This document shows positions 1-9,923 of a stretch of 64,000 bases of DNA, in pieces; positions within the stretch are counted from its first letter, which is position 1; every line of letters starts with the position of its first letter. The notes beneath the pieces are model-generated. The model was not told the DNA's origin. It saw only the letters and a list, made by a program, of their open reading frames with translations, and did no database searches. The position numbers and the translations under genes were made by a program. Source of the DNA: Minisyncoccota bacterium (GTDB lineage: Bacteria; Patescibacteriota; Minisyncoccia; Moranbacterales; UBA1568). Where the stretch lies: the NCBI GenBank assembly GCA_051306005.1, contig JBPPMJ010000003.1, positions 329,171-393,170 of the forward strand. Reading direction: 5' to 3'.

Positions 1-467
1 CATTCTTGTCGAGTATATTCCCGCATCATACCCGTGTGGCAATTTAGCACCCTCACTGACATGATATATTGACCGATTTCTGTGCCAAATGCTCCTGCGT
101 TTCCGCGTATCGCACCGCCAAATGAACCAGGAATGCCTGCGAGACGTTCTATCCCAGTCAAATTGTGCTCTAGAGCGGTTTGCACGACATTTGTCAAAGA
201 AGACCCCGCCCCACAAAGCATACGATTTTCTGATACACTGATAGCATCATCCAGCCACTGCACGATCAATCCTAGAAATCCCTTGTCTGAAAACAAGATA
301 TTGCTTCCGCCACCCAAAACATAAATCGGAATATTTTTCATTTCCGCATATTCAAACGCTTCTGACAATACTGATGGATCTTTGGTTGTCAGAAAATATC
401 GTGCCATTCCTCCGATATGAAATGTTGTTAATGGTGCTAAATCTATATTCTCTTGAAGCCTGAGCAT
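1..467 (-). CDS. murB: UDP-N-acetylenolpyruvoylglucosamine reductase MurB. This is the N-terminal part only; the gene runs off the window start.
   Basis: The minus-strand frame is open from the ATG at 467 down to position 1, so it has no stop and is absent from the ORF track. It translates MLRLQENIDLAPLTTFHIGGMARYF...IPIYVLGGGSNILFSDKGFLGLIV...GIPGSFGGAIRGNAGAFG, which carries the typical MurB FAD-binding motifs. It lies directly upstream of murC. Confidence 0.75.
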   Translation of the reverse strand, partial: MLRLQENIDLAPLTTFHIGGMARYFLTTKDPSVLSEAFEYAEMKNIPIYVLGGGSNILFSDKGFLGLIVQWLDDAISVSENRMLCGAGSSLTNVVQTALEHNLTGIERLAGIPGSFGGAIRGNAGAFGTEIGQYIMSVRVLNCHTGMMREYTRQE

Positions 468-480
468 ACTTTTGTGATTA

Positions 481-1890
481 TTATTTTTTTGCTAAACGAT
501 GAGAAATCTCCCAAACATTTCCCGCACCCAGTGTGACGATGACGTCTTGATGTCCCATAGTTTTTTCCAAATCTGCGATACATTCTTCTATCGTTGATAT
601 ATACTCTGCCTTACCAGGGACAAAACGATTGATGAGATCAACTAATTCTTGTGATGAGACACCTCCCTGTTCTTCACGCGCACTCCCATAAATATCCAGA
701 ACCTTCACTTCATCTGCTGCATCAAAACTTTGAGAAAACTCGCTCAATAAAGCCTTCGTACGCGTAAACGTATGAGGATGGAACACCGCGCGTATCCGGC
801 GATCAGGATATAAGTCACGAAAAGTGCGTAAGGTAATCCGTATTTCTTCTGGATGATGAGCATAATCATCATAAATATGTGCTCCATAGCGTTCTCCCAA
901 ATATTCGAAACGTCGTTCTGTTCCAGTAAAACGCTGAAAAGCTTTATAAATACCTTCTTGGTCTTGTTTCAAAAAAAGTGCTAGTGCCAAAACCGCTGTA
1001 GCGTTTTGCGCGTTATGCAATCCTGCTAATTGCAATTGAAAAACACCCAGACTTTTTTCATCATTGAAAACCGAAAATGTTTGTCGGTATTTATCTGGCG
1101 TTTCAAGGAATGATGGAGGCACTGGCGTATAATCACGAATATGAAATTGTGCACCAGGTACCGATCCATAAGAAATTTTGTGGCACACGGCGGACTCTGC
1201 TACACGTACAACACTGGCCGAATCACTACAATACACCAACACGCCATGACGCGGAATACGAGCAACAAATGATTGAAATACCCGTTCATAGCTTTCTTGG
1301 TCTGGAAAAAAATCCGGATGATCCCAATCAACGCTGGTCAAAATAACAGAAAATGGCGTATAATTGGCTAATTTATTTTGATATTCATCAGCTTCAAGTA
1401 CTAAATATTCTCCACTGCCGACCAGCGCATTTCCCTGCCAATCATGGATATGGCTTCCAATAATGGCAGATGGATCGGCCCCGACAGCGCGCAAAGTTTC
1501 TGCTAACAAAGCACTGGTTGTAGTTTTGCCGTGACTGCCACAAACTGCCAGAGTCAATTTTTCTCGAGAAAGCATACCCAGTGCCTCTGGATAACTCCAC
1601 ACAGGGATCCCACGCATATAAGCTTCTGCAAGTTCCACGTTCTTTTCACGACTATATGCCGTTGAATAGACCACTGCTTCGACGTCAGTGGGGATATTTG
1701 CACTAGAAAAATGTTCAGTATAGGCAATATCAAGCCGATGTAAAATATTATCAGTAAAAAAATGTTCCGCCACATCAGACCCCGTAATATGAATACCACG
1801 CGCCATCAAGAGTTCGGCAAGTGCTGTCATGCCAGCACCCTTGATACCTATCATGTGTACACTTTTTATGTCTCGCAATGATATGTCCAT
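481..1890 (-). CDS. murC: UDP-N-acetylmuramate--L-alanine ligase
   Basis: 469-aa ORF with N-terminal HMIGIKGAGMTALAELL (Mur ligase Rossmann domain), the ATP-binding motif CGSHGKTTTSAL, and a Mur ligase C-terminal domain. It sits in a mur cluster. Confidence 0.9.
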   Translation of the reverse strand: MDISLRDIKSVHMIGIKGAGMTALAELLMARGIHITGSDVAEHFFTDNILHRLDIAYTEHFSSANIPTDVEAVVYSTAYSREKNVELAEAYMRGIPVWSYPEALGMLSREKLTLAVCGSHGKTTTSALLAETLRAVGADPSAIIGSHIHDWQGNALVGSGEYLVLEADEYQNKLANYTPFSVILTSVDWDHPDFFPDQESYERVFQSFVARIPRHGVLVYCSDSASVVRVAESAVCHKISYGSVPGAQFHIRDYTPVPPSFLETPDKYRQTFSVFNDEKSLGVFQLQLAGLHNAQNATAVLALALFLKQDQEGIYKAFQRFTGTERRFEYLGERYGAHIYDDYAHHPEEIRITLRTFRDLYPDRRIRAVFHPHTFTRTKALLSEFSQSFDAADEVKVLDIYGSAREEQGGVSSQELVDLINRFVPGKAEYISTIEECIADLEKTMGHQDVIVTLGAGNVWEISHRLAKK

Positions 1891-1914
1891 ACTATAAAGA
1901 GTTTTGGATGTAAT

Positions 1915-3078
1915 TTATCGATACAGCGGATTGATATGAAGCACGAGAGCAATAATACCATCTGCGATTACATCGGATGCATCTGGGTGATAAAATGCGC
2001 GCAACTTTTCAGCCATTGTCGCAGACAGTACTGGATTATTCATCAATTCTTCTATTTTTTGTAACAAAATATGCTCTCCTAAGTTTGCTTCTTCCAAAAC
2101 CAGTGTGGCTCCAAGCTCAGCGACATCGTAGGCATTCATACGTTGTTCATGATTAGCTGCGCTCTCTAAAGGTACGAGAATCGTCGTCTTGCCAGTGGCT
2201 GCCAATTCTGCAATGGATCCAGCACCAGCTCGTGAAATCACTAATGTTGCCAATGCCAACGCATCTGCCATCGCTTCAACATCCAAAAAAGCAACCGGAA
2301 CATAGCCACTCTCACCAATTTTCAAACCATATGCTTCCACAGAAGAGATAATATCCGCATAATGTGCATCTCCAGTCTGATGTAAAACCTGAATGTTTTT
2401 TTCTAACAAACTTGGCAAAATGCCCAACAAAGCCTTATTTAATATTTGTGCTCCCTGACTCCCTCCAAGCACCACAATTGTTGACTTGTTCGTCACTAGA
2501 CCAAAACGAGACAAGCCACGCGCACTGTTGCCAGATAAAATCTCAGCCCGTACAGGATTACCAGTCAAAGCAGTTTTGTTAGGCGAAAAATACGCATGGG
2601 CACTCGGATAAGCAATAGCAACCCGCGATACAAAGTGTCCGAGGAAACGATTGGCACGCCCTGCAACAGCATCAGAATCATGAATCATAACCGGAATACG
2701 ATACATCCAAGCAGCCAGTACTACTGGTACCGAGGCCGATCCCCCTTTGGAAAAAACAGCATCTGGCATAAAGACTAACAAATACCACAACGCTTGCAAG
2801 AAACCAATGGGCATTCTGAAGAGATCCACGACATTTTGTAGAGCAAAATATCTTCGCCATTTCCCTGTCACGATGTACTTCATAGGAATCTCAGCCGTAT
2901 GCATTGCCGTTTCTTCGAAACGTCCGCGCGAGCCAATAAACAGAAGCTCCAAGTGTCCCGAGGAAGACGTACCTTCTGCAGACATTTTTTTGCGTAAGGA
3001 TTGAGCAACGGCAATTAAAGGGAAGGTATGTCCTCCGGAAACACCACCCGTCAATACGACACGAGGAATATCAGACAT
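1915..3078 (-). CDS. murG: Undecaprenyldiphospho-muramoylpentapeptide beta-N-acetylglucosaminyltransferase
   Basis: 387-aa ORF with the MurG N-terminal motif VVLTGGVSGGHTFPLIAVAQSL and a GT28-type C-terminal domain. It lies between murC and ftsW. Confidence 0.9.
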   Translation of the reverse strand: MSDIPRVVLTGGVSGGHTFPLIAVAQSLRKKMSAEGTSSSGHLELLFIGSRGRFEETAMHTAEIPMKYIVTGKWRRYFALQNVVDLFRMPIGFLQALWYLLVFMPDAVFSKGGSASVPVVLAAWMYRIPVMIHDSDAVAGRANRFLGHFVSRVAIAYPSAHAYFSPNKTALTGNPVRAEILSGNSARGLSRFGLVTNKSTIVVLGGSQGAQILNKALLGILPSLLEKNIQVLHQTGDAHYADIISSVEAYGLKIGESGYVPVAFLDVEAMADALALATLVISRAGAGSIAELAATGKTTILVPLESAANHEQRMNAYDVAELGATLVLEEANLGEHILLQKIEELMNNPVLSATMAEKLRAFYHPDASDVIADGIIALVLHINPLYR

Positions 3079-3089
3079 AAAGAAATAGG

Positions 3090-4187
3090 CTAATGATTTT
3101 TCTTTAGTGTAGAATGCTTACTTATATTAAGCAAGATACCTATAGAAGCTAAAAGTACCGCCAGTGATGTACCGCCATAACTGATGAATGGCAATGGGAT
3201 GCCAGTCAATGGAATAAGTCCGCTGATAGCAGACATATTGATAAGTGCCTGAAAAATAATCCAAGACAAGATACCAATCGCTGTCAGTCTACCAAACTCA
3301 TCTGGTGCTCGGGATGCAATAATAGAGCTTCGCCAAGCAATAAAAAGAAAAAGAAATAATACTGATAACGTCCCCAATAATCCAAACTCTTCACCGAGAA
3401 CAGCGAAAATGGAATCGGTGACAGGCTCCGGCAAGTAATTAAATTTCTGACGACTCTGTCCCAATCCAGATCCCCACATGCCTCCAACGCCGATTGCTAT
3501 TAAAGCTTGTGTTATGTGGTATCCAGCACCTTGTGGATCATGATCTGGATTAATAAATACCAGAAAACGTTGCATTCGATAAGGAGCAATACGAATAAGT
3601 ATACCCAAAGAAATTAGTCCACCAAAAAATAAAACGGAAAGATGTTTCAAGCTTGCTCCTGAAGTAAAAAAAATAGAGACTGAAATAAGAAAAATAAGAA
3701 CAAGCGTACCCGTATCCGGTTGATTAATAATCAAAAAACTCACTACGGATAAAATTATAAAAAATGGCACGAACCCTTCGAATAAATCAGCTGTGTTTAC
3801 CCGTCCCTTTTTGGCGAGCCACGCCGAAAGATACAAAATAATCGCTAGCTTCATTACCTCTGATGGTTGAAAGGCAATCGGTCCAAGCGCTACCCAACGT
3901 GTTGCTCCATAAACGGTCATCCCAACACCTGGAACAAAAACTAAAACCAACAGACTTAACGCAATAAAGAACAAAGGGGCTGAAAGATGTTTCCAAATCC
4001 GATAGTCTATCTTTTGAAAAATATACAATAATAACAATCCAATACCGAGACCGAATGATTGTTGTTTCAAAAAATAATACGGATCATCAAAACGCGATTG
4101 TCCATAAAACACTCCTGCGCTTGCAAGCATTAATAATCCAATGCCAAGCAGGATCAAAACAGCAATAAATAACTTTCTGTCAATCAT
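3090..4187 (-). CDS. ftsW: SEDS-family peptidoglycan glycosyltransferase FtsW/RodA. The start was chosen at the internal Met of MIDRKLFIAV so that it does not overlap trmD.
   Basis: About 10 predicted TM helices and SEDS motifs (GGMWGSGLGQS..., PEPVTDSIFAVLGEEFG, SYGGTSL). Position in the mur cluster favours FtsW over RodA. Confidence 0.8.
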   Translation of the reverse strand: MIDRKLFIAVLILLGIGLLMLASAGVFYGQSRFDDPYYFLKQQSFGLGIGLLLLYIFQKIDYRIWKHLSAPLFFIALSLLVLVFVPGVGMTVYGATRWVALGPIAFQPSEVMKLAIILYLSAWLAKKGRVNTADLFEGFVPFFIILSVVSFLIINQPDTGTLVLIFLISVSIFFTSGASLKHLSVLFFGGLISLGILIRIAPYRMQRFLVFINPDHDPQGAGYHITQALIAIGVGGMWGSGLGQSRQKFNYLPEPVTDSIFAVLGEEFGLLGTLSVLFLFLFIAWRSSIIASRAPDEFGRLTAIGILSWIIFQALINMSAISGLIPLTGIPLPFISYGGTSLAVLLASIGILLNISKHSTLKKNH

Positions 4188-4200
4188 GTTTGTTTCTTTA

Positions 4201-4929
4201 TCATGAGTGGTTATTTTTTGTAAGAGAATGAGAAACATTGTTTTTTATACGTGAGTGTTCCCTTCTCCACTTGGCTATTTCCGCATGATGGCCAGACAAT
4301 AATACTTCAGGAACACGCATCTCACGAAATATTTCCGGCTTGGTGTATTGCGGATGTTCGAGAACACCAATTTCCGTATGCGATTCATGTTCCGCACTGG
4401 CGCTGTTACCCAAGACGCCCGAAAGAAGGCGTGTCACTGTGTCTACCAATACCATCGCTGGTAATTCACCCCCAGTCAAAACATAGTCTCCGATAGATAA
4501 CTCCTCATCGATGAAATGCGTCACGCGTTCATCTACACCTTCATATCTTCCGCATATCAAAATTAATCTGTCATACTTTGCCAAACGGCGTATGTCTGTC
4601 TGCGTGATAGTTTTCCCCTTAGCAGAGAACAATATTGTCCTCATAGTCCGTTTGCTACTCGTTTTCAATAGTACTGTATGATCGATGACCAATGGTTGAA
4701 TATTTTTTACGAATTCCACTGCTTCTACCAATGGCTCAATTTTTAATACCATACCCGCCCCTCCACCATACGGCGTATCATCAACAGTCTTATGTCGATC
4801 ATGTGCAAAATCACGTAAATGATGTGTCTCTATTAGAACCAATTGTTTCTCTTGTGCCCGCTTCAAAATGGACGTTTCAAAATAGGAGGTAAAACTTTCT
4901 GGAAAAAGAGAGATAATATCAAAACGCAT
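4201..4929 (-). CDS. trmD: tRNA (guanine37-N1)-methyltransferase
   Basis: MRFDIISLFPESF start, DDTPYGGGAGMVLKIEP and LICGRYEGVDERV motifs typical of the TrmD SPOUT fold. Confidence 0.9.
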   Translation of the reverse strand: MRFDIISLFPESFTSYFETSILKRAQEKQLVLIETHHLRDFAHDRHKTVDDTPYGGGAGMVLKIEPLVEAVEFVKNIQPLVIDHTVLLKTSSKRTMRTILFSAKGKTITQTDIRRLAKYDRLILICGRYEGVDERVTHFIDEELSIGDYVLTGGELPAMVLVDTVTRLLSGVLGNSASAEHESHTEIGVLEHPQYTKPEIFREMRVPEVLLSGHHAEIAKWRREHSRIKNNVSHSLTKNNHS

Positions 4930-5059
4930 ACATCATTTTTGATTGAATTTCTTTGCTATCATTGTATCATACCTTTGCACAGTTAAAATAACTCACTGAA
5001 ACATGAAAAAAACCTATAAATAGGGTAATTTTTTCATTAGTACACATGCAAGTTCGTCG

Positions 5060-6442
5060 TTAGCGTGCTTCTTCCATCACATCACTCAAAATCATATCTC
5101 GATGTAAAATGAAACTTTTTTCTCTCCGTTCACCGTTTTTCTGGATAAGAGTGACTGTTACTGGAACATCGTCTAGCCCAGCTTGTTTTTGTATTTTCAA
5201 ATCATACCATTCACGCTCAAGTGTTTCTGGTAAATCGTATTCAAATGTCACTGTTTTTTCCGTTCCCAAAGGCACGTGTACCAAGACACCAAAATATTTT
5301 TTTTGTTCAAAAGTCCCGAAAACCGGTTCTTTAGCGCCTCCGATCACTTGTTTTAAATAACTGCCTGCAGGTACATAAATTCGTGTAAATGTCTGGTAGT
5401 CTTTGGTAAACCAATCGCGTTTTTCTGCTGTATGTTTATATGTCACCGCCAGCTTCGCTTTTGGTTTTTGTTGAGACAAATCTATCATGTACGCGTATGA
5501 ACGTTTCACAAAATAATCGCTCTTGAAGGAATTGAGATTGGCATCGACAACAAACAAAAAATCATCTTGCCAGTGCTTATCAAAAGCCCCATCCCATTTT
5601 GCTAATACTACTTGTTCTTGTAGATATGGATCTCGGAAAAATAACTGAATGTCTTTCTGGTGCAAATCATCCAAGACAACTTGATACAACTCATATTTTT
5701 TGGACCAAGGCAACGCCTCAACACGCATTACGATCTCTCGTCCCAACACGCCCATCATAGATTTTCGCTCACCTGCTTCGACGCCCTGGGTTAAATACCC
5801 CTGTTCTACTTGATATTCCAAATCCAAAATCGCATTGTCTGGTCCGTACGTGCCAGGATAACCATCAAGTGTTACCGGCCCGGTCACTTTGAGGAATGAC
5901 GTCAAAACATTCGTTGTGATAGCTATCACTCCATCAAAAGATTCACTGCCCTGGCCCATACGATAAAATTCTTCTGCCCATTTCACGTTTTCTGAAAAAT
6001 CTGGCGAATAGTTTGAATCACGCAATTTCCATGAATCAATCTTCAGTGTTTCACGCATCGGATAAGGAGGTTCCACCGTAGATGGGATACGTCCATCAAA
6101 ATTTCCCGTATCGTGGATCATAAAATCCACCATCTTTCCATCACGCACTTTCAAAATACCAAATGAGCCGATAAAACCTCCACCCGGACGGAGTTCCATA
6201 TTATTTTGCAACAACACCAAGAACACTTTTTCTTGACCATTCGTGTCCAACAAAGCGTTTGCTAATATCATTACAACGCCTAAGTCAGTCTTGGCTTCTT
6301 CTTGCATTGGTACCAACCCCAATAGGCGCTGCATACTTGCCAAACCCTGATTTTTAATTTCCCAAAAAAGAAACCAGCCACTCAAAAAAACGACAGAAAA
6401 AATTACAAAAATAACCCAAAATTTATTCGAATACTGTTTCAT
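5060..6442 (-). CDS. Membrane-anchored extracytoplasmic protein of unknown function. I suspect it is DUF4012-like.
   Basis: N-terminal TM anchor (FWVIFVIFSVVFLSGWFLF) followed by LRPGGGFIGSFGILKVRDG, which resembles the conserved DUF4012 motif. I have no other family recognition. Confidence 0.4.
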   Translation of the reverse strand: MKQYSNKFWVIFVIFSVVFLSGWFLFWEIKNQGLASMQRLLGLVPMQEEAKTDLGVVMILANALLDTNGQEKVFLVLLQNNMELRPGGGFIGSFGILKVRDGKMVDFMIHDTGNFDGRIPSTVEPPYPMRETLKIDSWKLRDSNYSPDFSENVKWAEEFYRMGQGSESFDGVIAITTNVLTSFLKVTGPVTLDGYPGTYGPDNAILDLEYQVEQGYLTQGVEAGERKSMMGVLGREIVMRVEALPWSKKYELYQVVLDDLHQKDIQLFFRDPYLQEQVVLAKWDGAFDKHWQDDFLFVVDANLNSFKSDYFVKRSYAYMIDLSQQKPKAKLAVTYKHTAEKRDWFTKDYQTFTRIYVPAGSYLKQVIGGAKEPVFGTFEQKKYFGVLVHVPLGTEKTVTFEYDLPETLEREWYDLKIQKQAGLDDVPVTVTLIQKNGERREKSFILHRDMILSDVMEEAR

Positions 6443-6497
6443 AGATTCTCAATGTTTACAAGATAAGGAAGTCTCGATACTCTCAAACATACACTAC

Positions 6498-7610
6498 TTA
6501 TTCACCATCAGAAAGCAAAGCATTGAGACGATGTTTATATTCTGCAACCGTCGGCTCTTCCGTTTTTGATGTCATGGAGACAGACGCATCTTCTTTTGTA
6601 CTCACAACCTTGGAAGCGATGGCATGCTCTCCGCGAGTAGGAAAACCCAACGACTCCCCTTGTGTATGAGAAAAGAGAGCATCTTCAGCGGAAATCGTTG
6701 ATTCACTTCTTGGCATTATTGGTTCCGCGTTCACTGCTGTCTCCGGAACACTCACTGTTTCAAAATCAGAGATTGGTAAATTGGCAGGAGCAGGTGCCAA
6801 TGTCATTTTTTTCTCTTCTTTTTTTGTCTGAATGGAAAGAATGTCCGGTCTATCTATACCTTCAAATGAGAGCATAGTCGGTTTTTGAGGAATGAATTTA
6901 ATAGGATCAATCCACGGAACAGCCTCACCAATATGTGACAGCGCAGATTCTTCTTTGACTGAACGTTTTTTTATACGTTGGCGACAGTACTTGGTAGTAA
7001 TAGATATTCGCGGTACCAAAAACAAAAATCCAAAAAATACACTGGTAATGACACCACCAGAGAGAATGCTCAATAAAATAAAACCGGGTACACTCGTGAT
7101 AGTATATTTGACCAGCGGACCATCAATAATCCGCATATCGATATTTGTTTTGACGTCATAATAAAATCCAAGTGTCGTAAACAAGGTATGAGCTATCTGT
7201 GTAGCCAAATATTTCGCTTGTTCCGGCGTCTCACAAGAAACCCGAATAATCAATACGCCATTTTTCTCAGACTTTTCAACCGTGACAATATCATTCCAAC
7301 GAGCTTTACGAATATCGGGATTCATCCCCACAAACATATCATTAATATCCTCATTATCCTGCAAAAGACGCTCATAGAAAGAAAGGGTATGTATCAACTC
7401 TGAAGCATTGTCAGTAATTTCCGGAGCAGTATTCTCCGCACCAATACGAGTCGTAATCAGAACAGAAACTTCAGCCTCATAACTGCGAAAGAAATCTAGC
7501 CACACAAGACCGGCAGATACTGTCACAAAGACAAAAGTAATCAAAAACGCCGAAAGAGATGATGTTCTTGGTTTCGGTATTCCCGAGTTATTTTTTTCTC
7601 TGTATGGCAT
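6498..7610 (-). CDS. Wzz-like (polysaccharide chain-length determinant-like) membrane protein. The start was set at the internal Met MPYREKNN; the long ORF to 7733 would overlap the upstream GT4 gene by 145 bp.
   Basis: Two TM segments (LSAFLITFVFVTVSAGLVWL and FILLSILSGGVITSVFFGFLFLV) flank an extracytoplasmic domain of about 150 aa, followed by a long acidic, Ser/Thr-rich C-terminal tail. This is the Wzz-type topology. Confidence 0.4.
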   Translation of the reverse strand: MPYREKNNSGIPKPRTSSLSAFLITFVFVTVSAGLVWLDFFRSYEAEVSVLITTRIGAENTAPEITDNASELIHTLSFYERLLQDNEDINDMFVGMNPDIRKARWNDIVTVEKSEKNGVLIIRVSCETPEQAKYLATQIAHTLFTTLGFYYDVKTNIDMRIIDGPLVKYTITSVPGFILLSILSGGVITSVFFGFLFLVPRISITTKYCRQRIKKRSVKEESALSHIGEAVPWIDPIKFIPQKPTMLSFEGIDRPDILSIQTKKEEKKMTLAPAPANLPISDFETVSVPETAVNAEPIMPRSESTISAEDALFSHTQGESLGFPTRGEHAIASKVVSTKEDASVSMTSKTEEPTVAEYKHRLNALLSDGE

Positions 7611-8769
7611 AACGTTCTTTGATAAGACTATATTGAGAAATGGTTTCCGTATAAACTTCAAGCGTACGTTCAGCAATCGCATCCCAACTATAATGTGTCT
7701 GTATTCGTGCTTCTGCAGATTGTCCCAATACATTTACTTCGTCTGGACGATTCACAAAATACGCCAATTGTTTCTTTAAGGCCTCTATATTTTTACTTGG
7801 AAAAAAAGCACCTGTATTATTGACTGCTTCACGATTGGCTGAAATATCACTAACGAGAGGCATAAGACCATGCCCCATAGCTTCCAACAGTGCCAATGAC
7901 AATCCCTCATCTTCAGACGGCTGAACGAAGAGGTACGCATGTGAAAACAATGCTTCCAAATTCTTACCAGTTTGTTCGCCAGTAAAAATGATATTCTGTC
8001 GACCACGTGCCAATAAATGCAAAAAATCCATATATTCGTCACTGTGTGCAGAAGATCCAACAATGACCAACTTAAAGTTATTCGGTAATTGGTTCGTGTC
8101 TTCCAACTCATTAAATGCTTTCATTAAATAGTGGATCCCTTTGTGCCCCACCAACCGACTGACAGACAGAATATAACGCTTTGGACGTATATCCCATTGA
8201 TTCAGTACGGTGGTATCCGATTCAAAGGCAACGTCTGCGCCGTTAGGTATACAGACAAAAGTTTTACGATATTGTTTTTCGGCATATTGTTTCAATGTTT
8301 CACTAATAACAATAGTCTTGTTTGGCACCAAACATGTAATCTTTTCAGCACTGCGCAAACAAAAACGTGCGAAAACATTCCATTTTTGGTGCAAATAATC
8401 TTGGCTATGGAACGTAGCTATAACCCGCACGTCTGGACGAAATATTCGAAAAAATATTGAAAAAATGCTTGGGCCAATAGAGTGATAGTGCACCACGTCA
8501 TACTTTTGAAACAATGCATGAATCGTTGCAAACAACGTATATGTTACCGTATCCAAATGTTTGGTTGAGAGACTGGGCGTGTGTATCAACGTCACGTTTT
8601 GATATGTTTTCAAAGCAGGACTAGTATAATGCGCACGCACATATACTGACACATCATTATCGGATTTCGCCAAACGCGTCGCCAGCTTTTCTACATGCTT
8701 TTCCACGCCTCCAGAAAGTGCAGGAATGCCTTTTTGTCCGATAAAAGCTATTTTCATAATAATATTCAA
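7588..8769 (-). CDS. Glycosyltransferase family 4 (GT-B, group 1)
   Basis: MKIAFIGQKGIPALSGGVEKHVEKLATRLA N-terminus and a C-terminal E-x7-E-like region (PSEDEGLSLALLEAMGHGL). Confidence 0.85.
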   Translation of the reverse strand: MNIIMKIAFIGQKGIPALSGGVEKHVEKLATRLAKSDNDVSVYVRAHYTSPALKTYQNVTLIHTPSLSTKHLDTVTYTLFATIHALFQKYDVVHYHSIGPSIFSIFFRIFRPDVRVIATFHSQDYLHQKWNVFARFCLRSAEKITCLVPNKTIVISETLKQYAEKQYRKTFVCIPNGADVAFESDTTVLNQWDIRPKRYILSVSRLVGHKGIHYLMKAFNELEDTNQLPNNFKLVIVGSSAHSDEYMDFLHLLARGRQNIIFTGEQTGKNLEALFSHAYLFVQPSEDEGLSLALLEAMGHGLMPLVSDISANREAVNNTGAFFPSKNIEALKKQLAYFVNRPDEVNVLGQSAEARIQTHYSWDAIAERTLEVYTETISQYSLIKERYAIQRKK

Positions 8770-8808
8770 ACAGAGTGATGCCCGTCTTTTTTCAAACGAA
8801 AGTTTCCT

Positions 8809-9780
8809 TTAAAAACCACGCATAATCAGAGAAACGGTACCAATAATATTTCCTTCAATACGGTTGCTATTTACCCCTGATTCATTGTAAAACAAGTGAT
8901 CAAAAGTATTGAAACCAGCAGTGGCACGTGCAATTCTTGCAATGCCATAACGCCCATTATTCACAAATGATGCTTTTTTAAAGCCAATATTACCAGGTGT
9001 TCCGTAAGCGTTCACTTCAACACCTTCACGCTTATTGTTACGAAAACTGTTGCTCTTAGTCCAGATATCTGATCCATCCATGACAAATTTGGCACCACTG
9101 CCTCCATTCTCATTAAAACGATTATTTTCAATCCAGGCCTTCGTACCACCAGCTAAATCAATACCATCTCCAGCATTGGTAACAATATCGCTGTTGATGA
9201 GAACGATAAAACGTTTCTCAGCAAAAATACCTGCCTGACCGCTTCCCGAAATACGTACATCATCAATCAAAGCGCGATCTTTCTTCTCACGTGAACCTGA
9301 TTCAATATGAATACCATCTCGTTTACTTTTTTTAATATGCACATCAAAAATATGTACCTTAGAATCTTCCAAGACGCGAATACCATGTCGACCGCCTTTG
9401 ACGGTCACATGACTCAACTCAGTGCCATTTTTCATGGTAACACTCGGTTTATCATTATCATCGGATTCGATCGTGACTTTATCAGCATCTTCACTATCTC
9501 CAGTCACTTTAATATCTTTGGAAATCGTAATATTTTCTTTATATGTACCTTTTCGAACACGCACTTCAGTACCATCATCAGCATGCTTCAGGGCTTTTTC
9601 GATACTATGATACGGATGGGCCTTCGTTCCCTGTTCGTCACCATTGGCATCATTATCAACATAGAGTACGTCAGAGCCACCAAATACCAAAATCGGTGAT
9701 ACAAGCAATATCCCAAAAATAAAACTTGCGAACACCTGCTTAGAGAGCCAAAAATTTTTACCAAACATATATGCATGCAA
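8809..9780 (-). CDS. Secreted right-handed parallel beta-helix repeat protein
   Basis: N-terminal signal/TM segment, then repetitive segments (DGIHIESGS, SGSGQAGIFA, AGDGIDLAGG, NGGSGAKF) typical of pectate-lyase-like beta-helix repeats. Confidence 0.6.
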   Translation of the reverse strand: MHAYMFGKNFWLSKQVFASFIFGILLVSPILVFGGSDVLYVDNDANGDEQGTKAHPYHSIEKALKHADDGTEVRVRKGTYKENITISKDIKVTGDSEDADKVTIESDDNDKPSVTMKNGTELSHVTVKGGRHGIRVLEDSKVHIFDVHIKKSKRDGIHIESGSREKKDRALIDDVRISGSGQAGIFAEKRFIVLINSDIVTNAGDGIDLAGGTKAWIENNRFNENGGSGAKFVMDGSDIWTKSNSFRNNKREGVEVNAYGTPGNIGFKKASFVNNGRYGIARIARATAGFNTFDHLFYNESGVNSNRIEGNIIGTVSLIMRGF

Positions 9781-9923
9781 TAAAATATTTAACTAAGCAT
9801 CATAGCAAATTTTTCATTTTTTGTCAATGCCACACTTTTCCAGTACAATAAAAAGCATATGTACCGCTAACAATGACGTTGTATACTGTTGCGTCATTCT
9901 TCATTATTAATACTCTGCATCTT

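Noticed and set aside
82-324. 80-aa plus-strand ORF at the window start
   Set aside because: The opposite strand encodes a clear MurB N-terminus (open to the window edge), and the plus-strand ORF has no recognisable features.
8131-8460. Numerous antisense ORFs of 60-150 aa inside large genes (for example 1077-1346, 8131-8460, 9307-9699, 22746-23198, 58433-58891)
   Set aside because: Each is fully contained on the opposite strand of a well-supported gene and has low-complexity or hydrophobic composition. They were treated as shadow ORFs.
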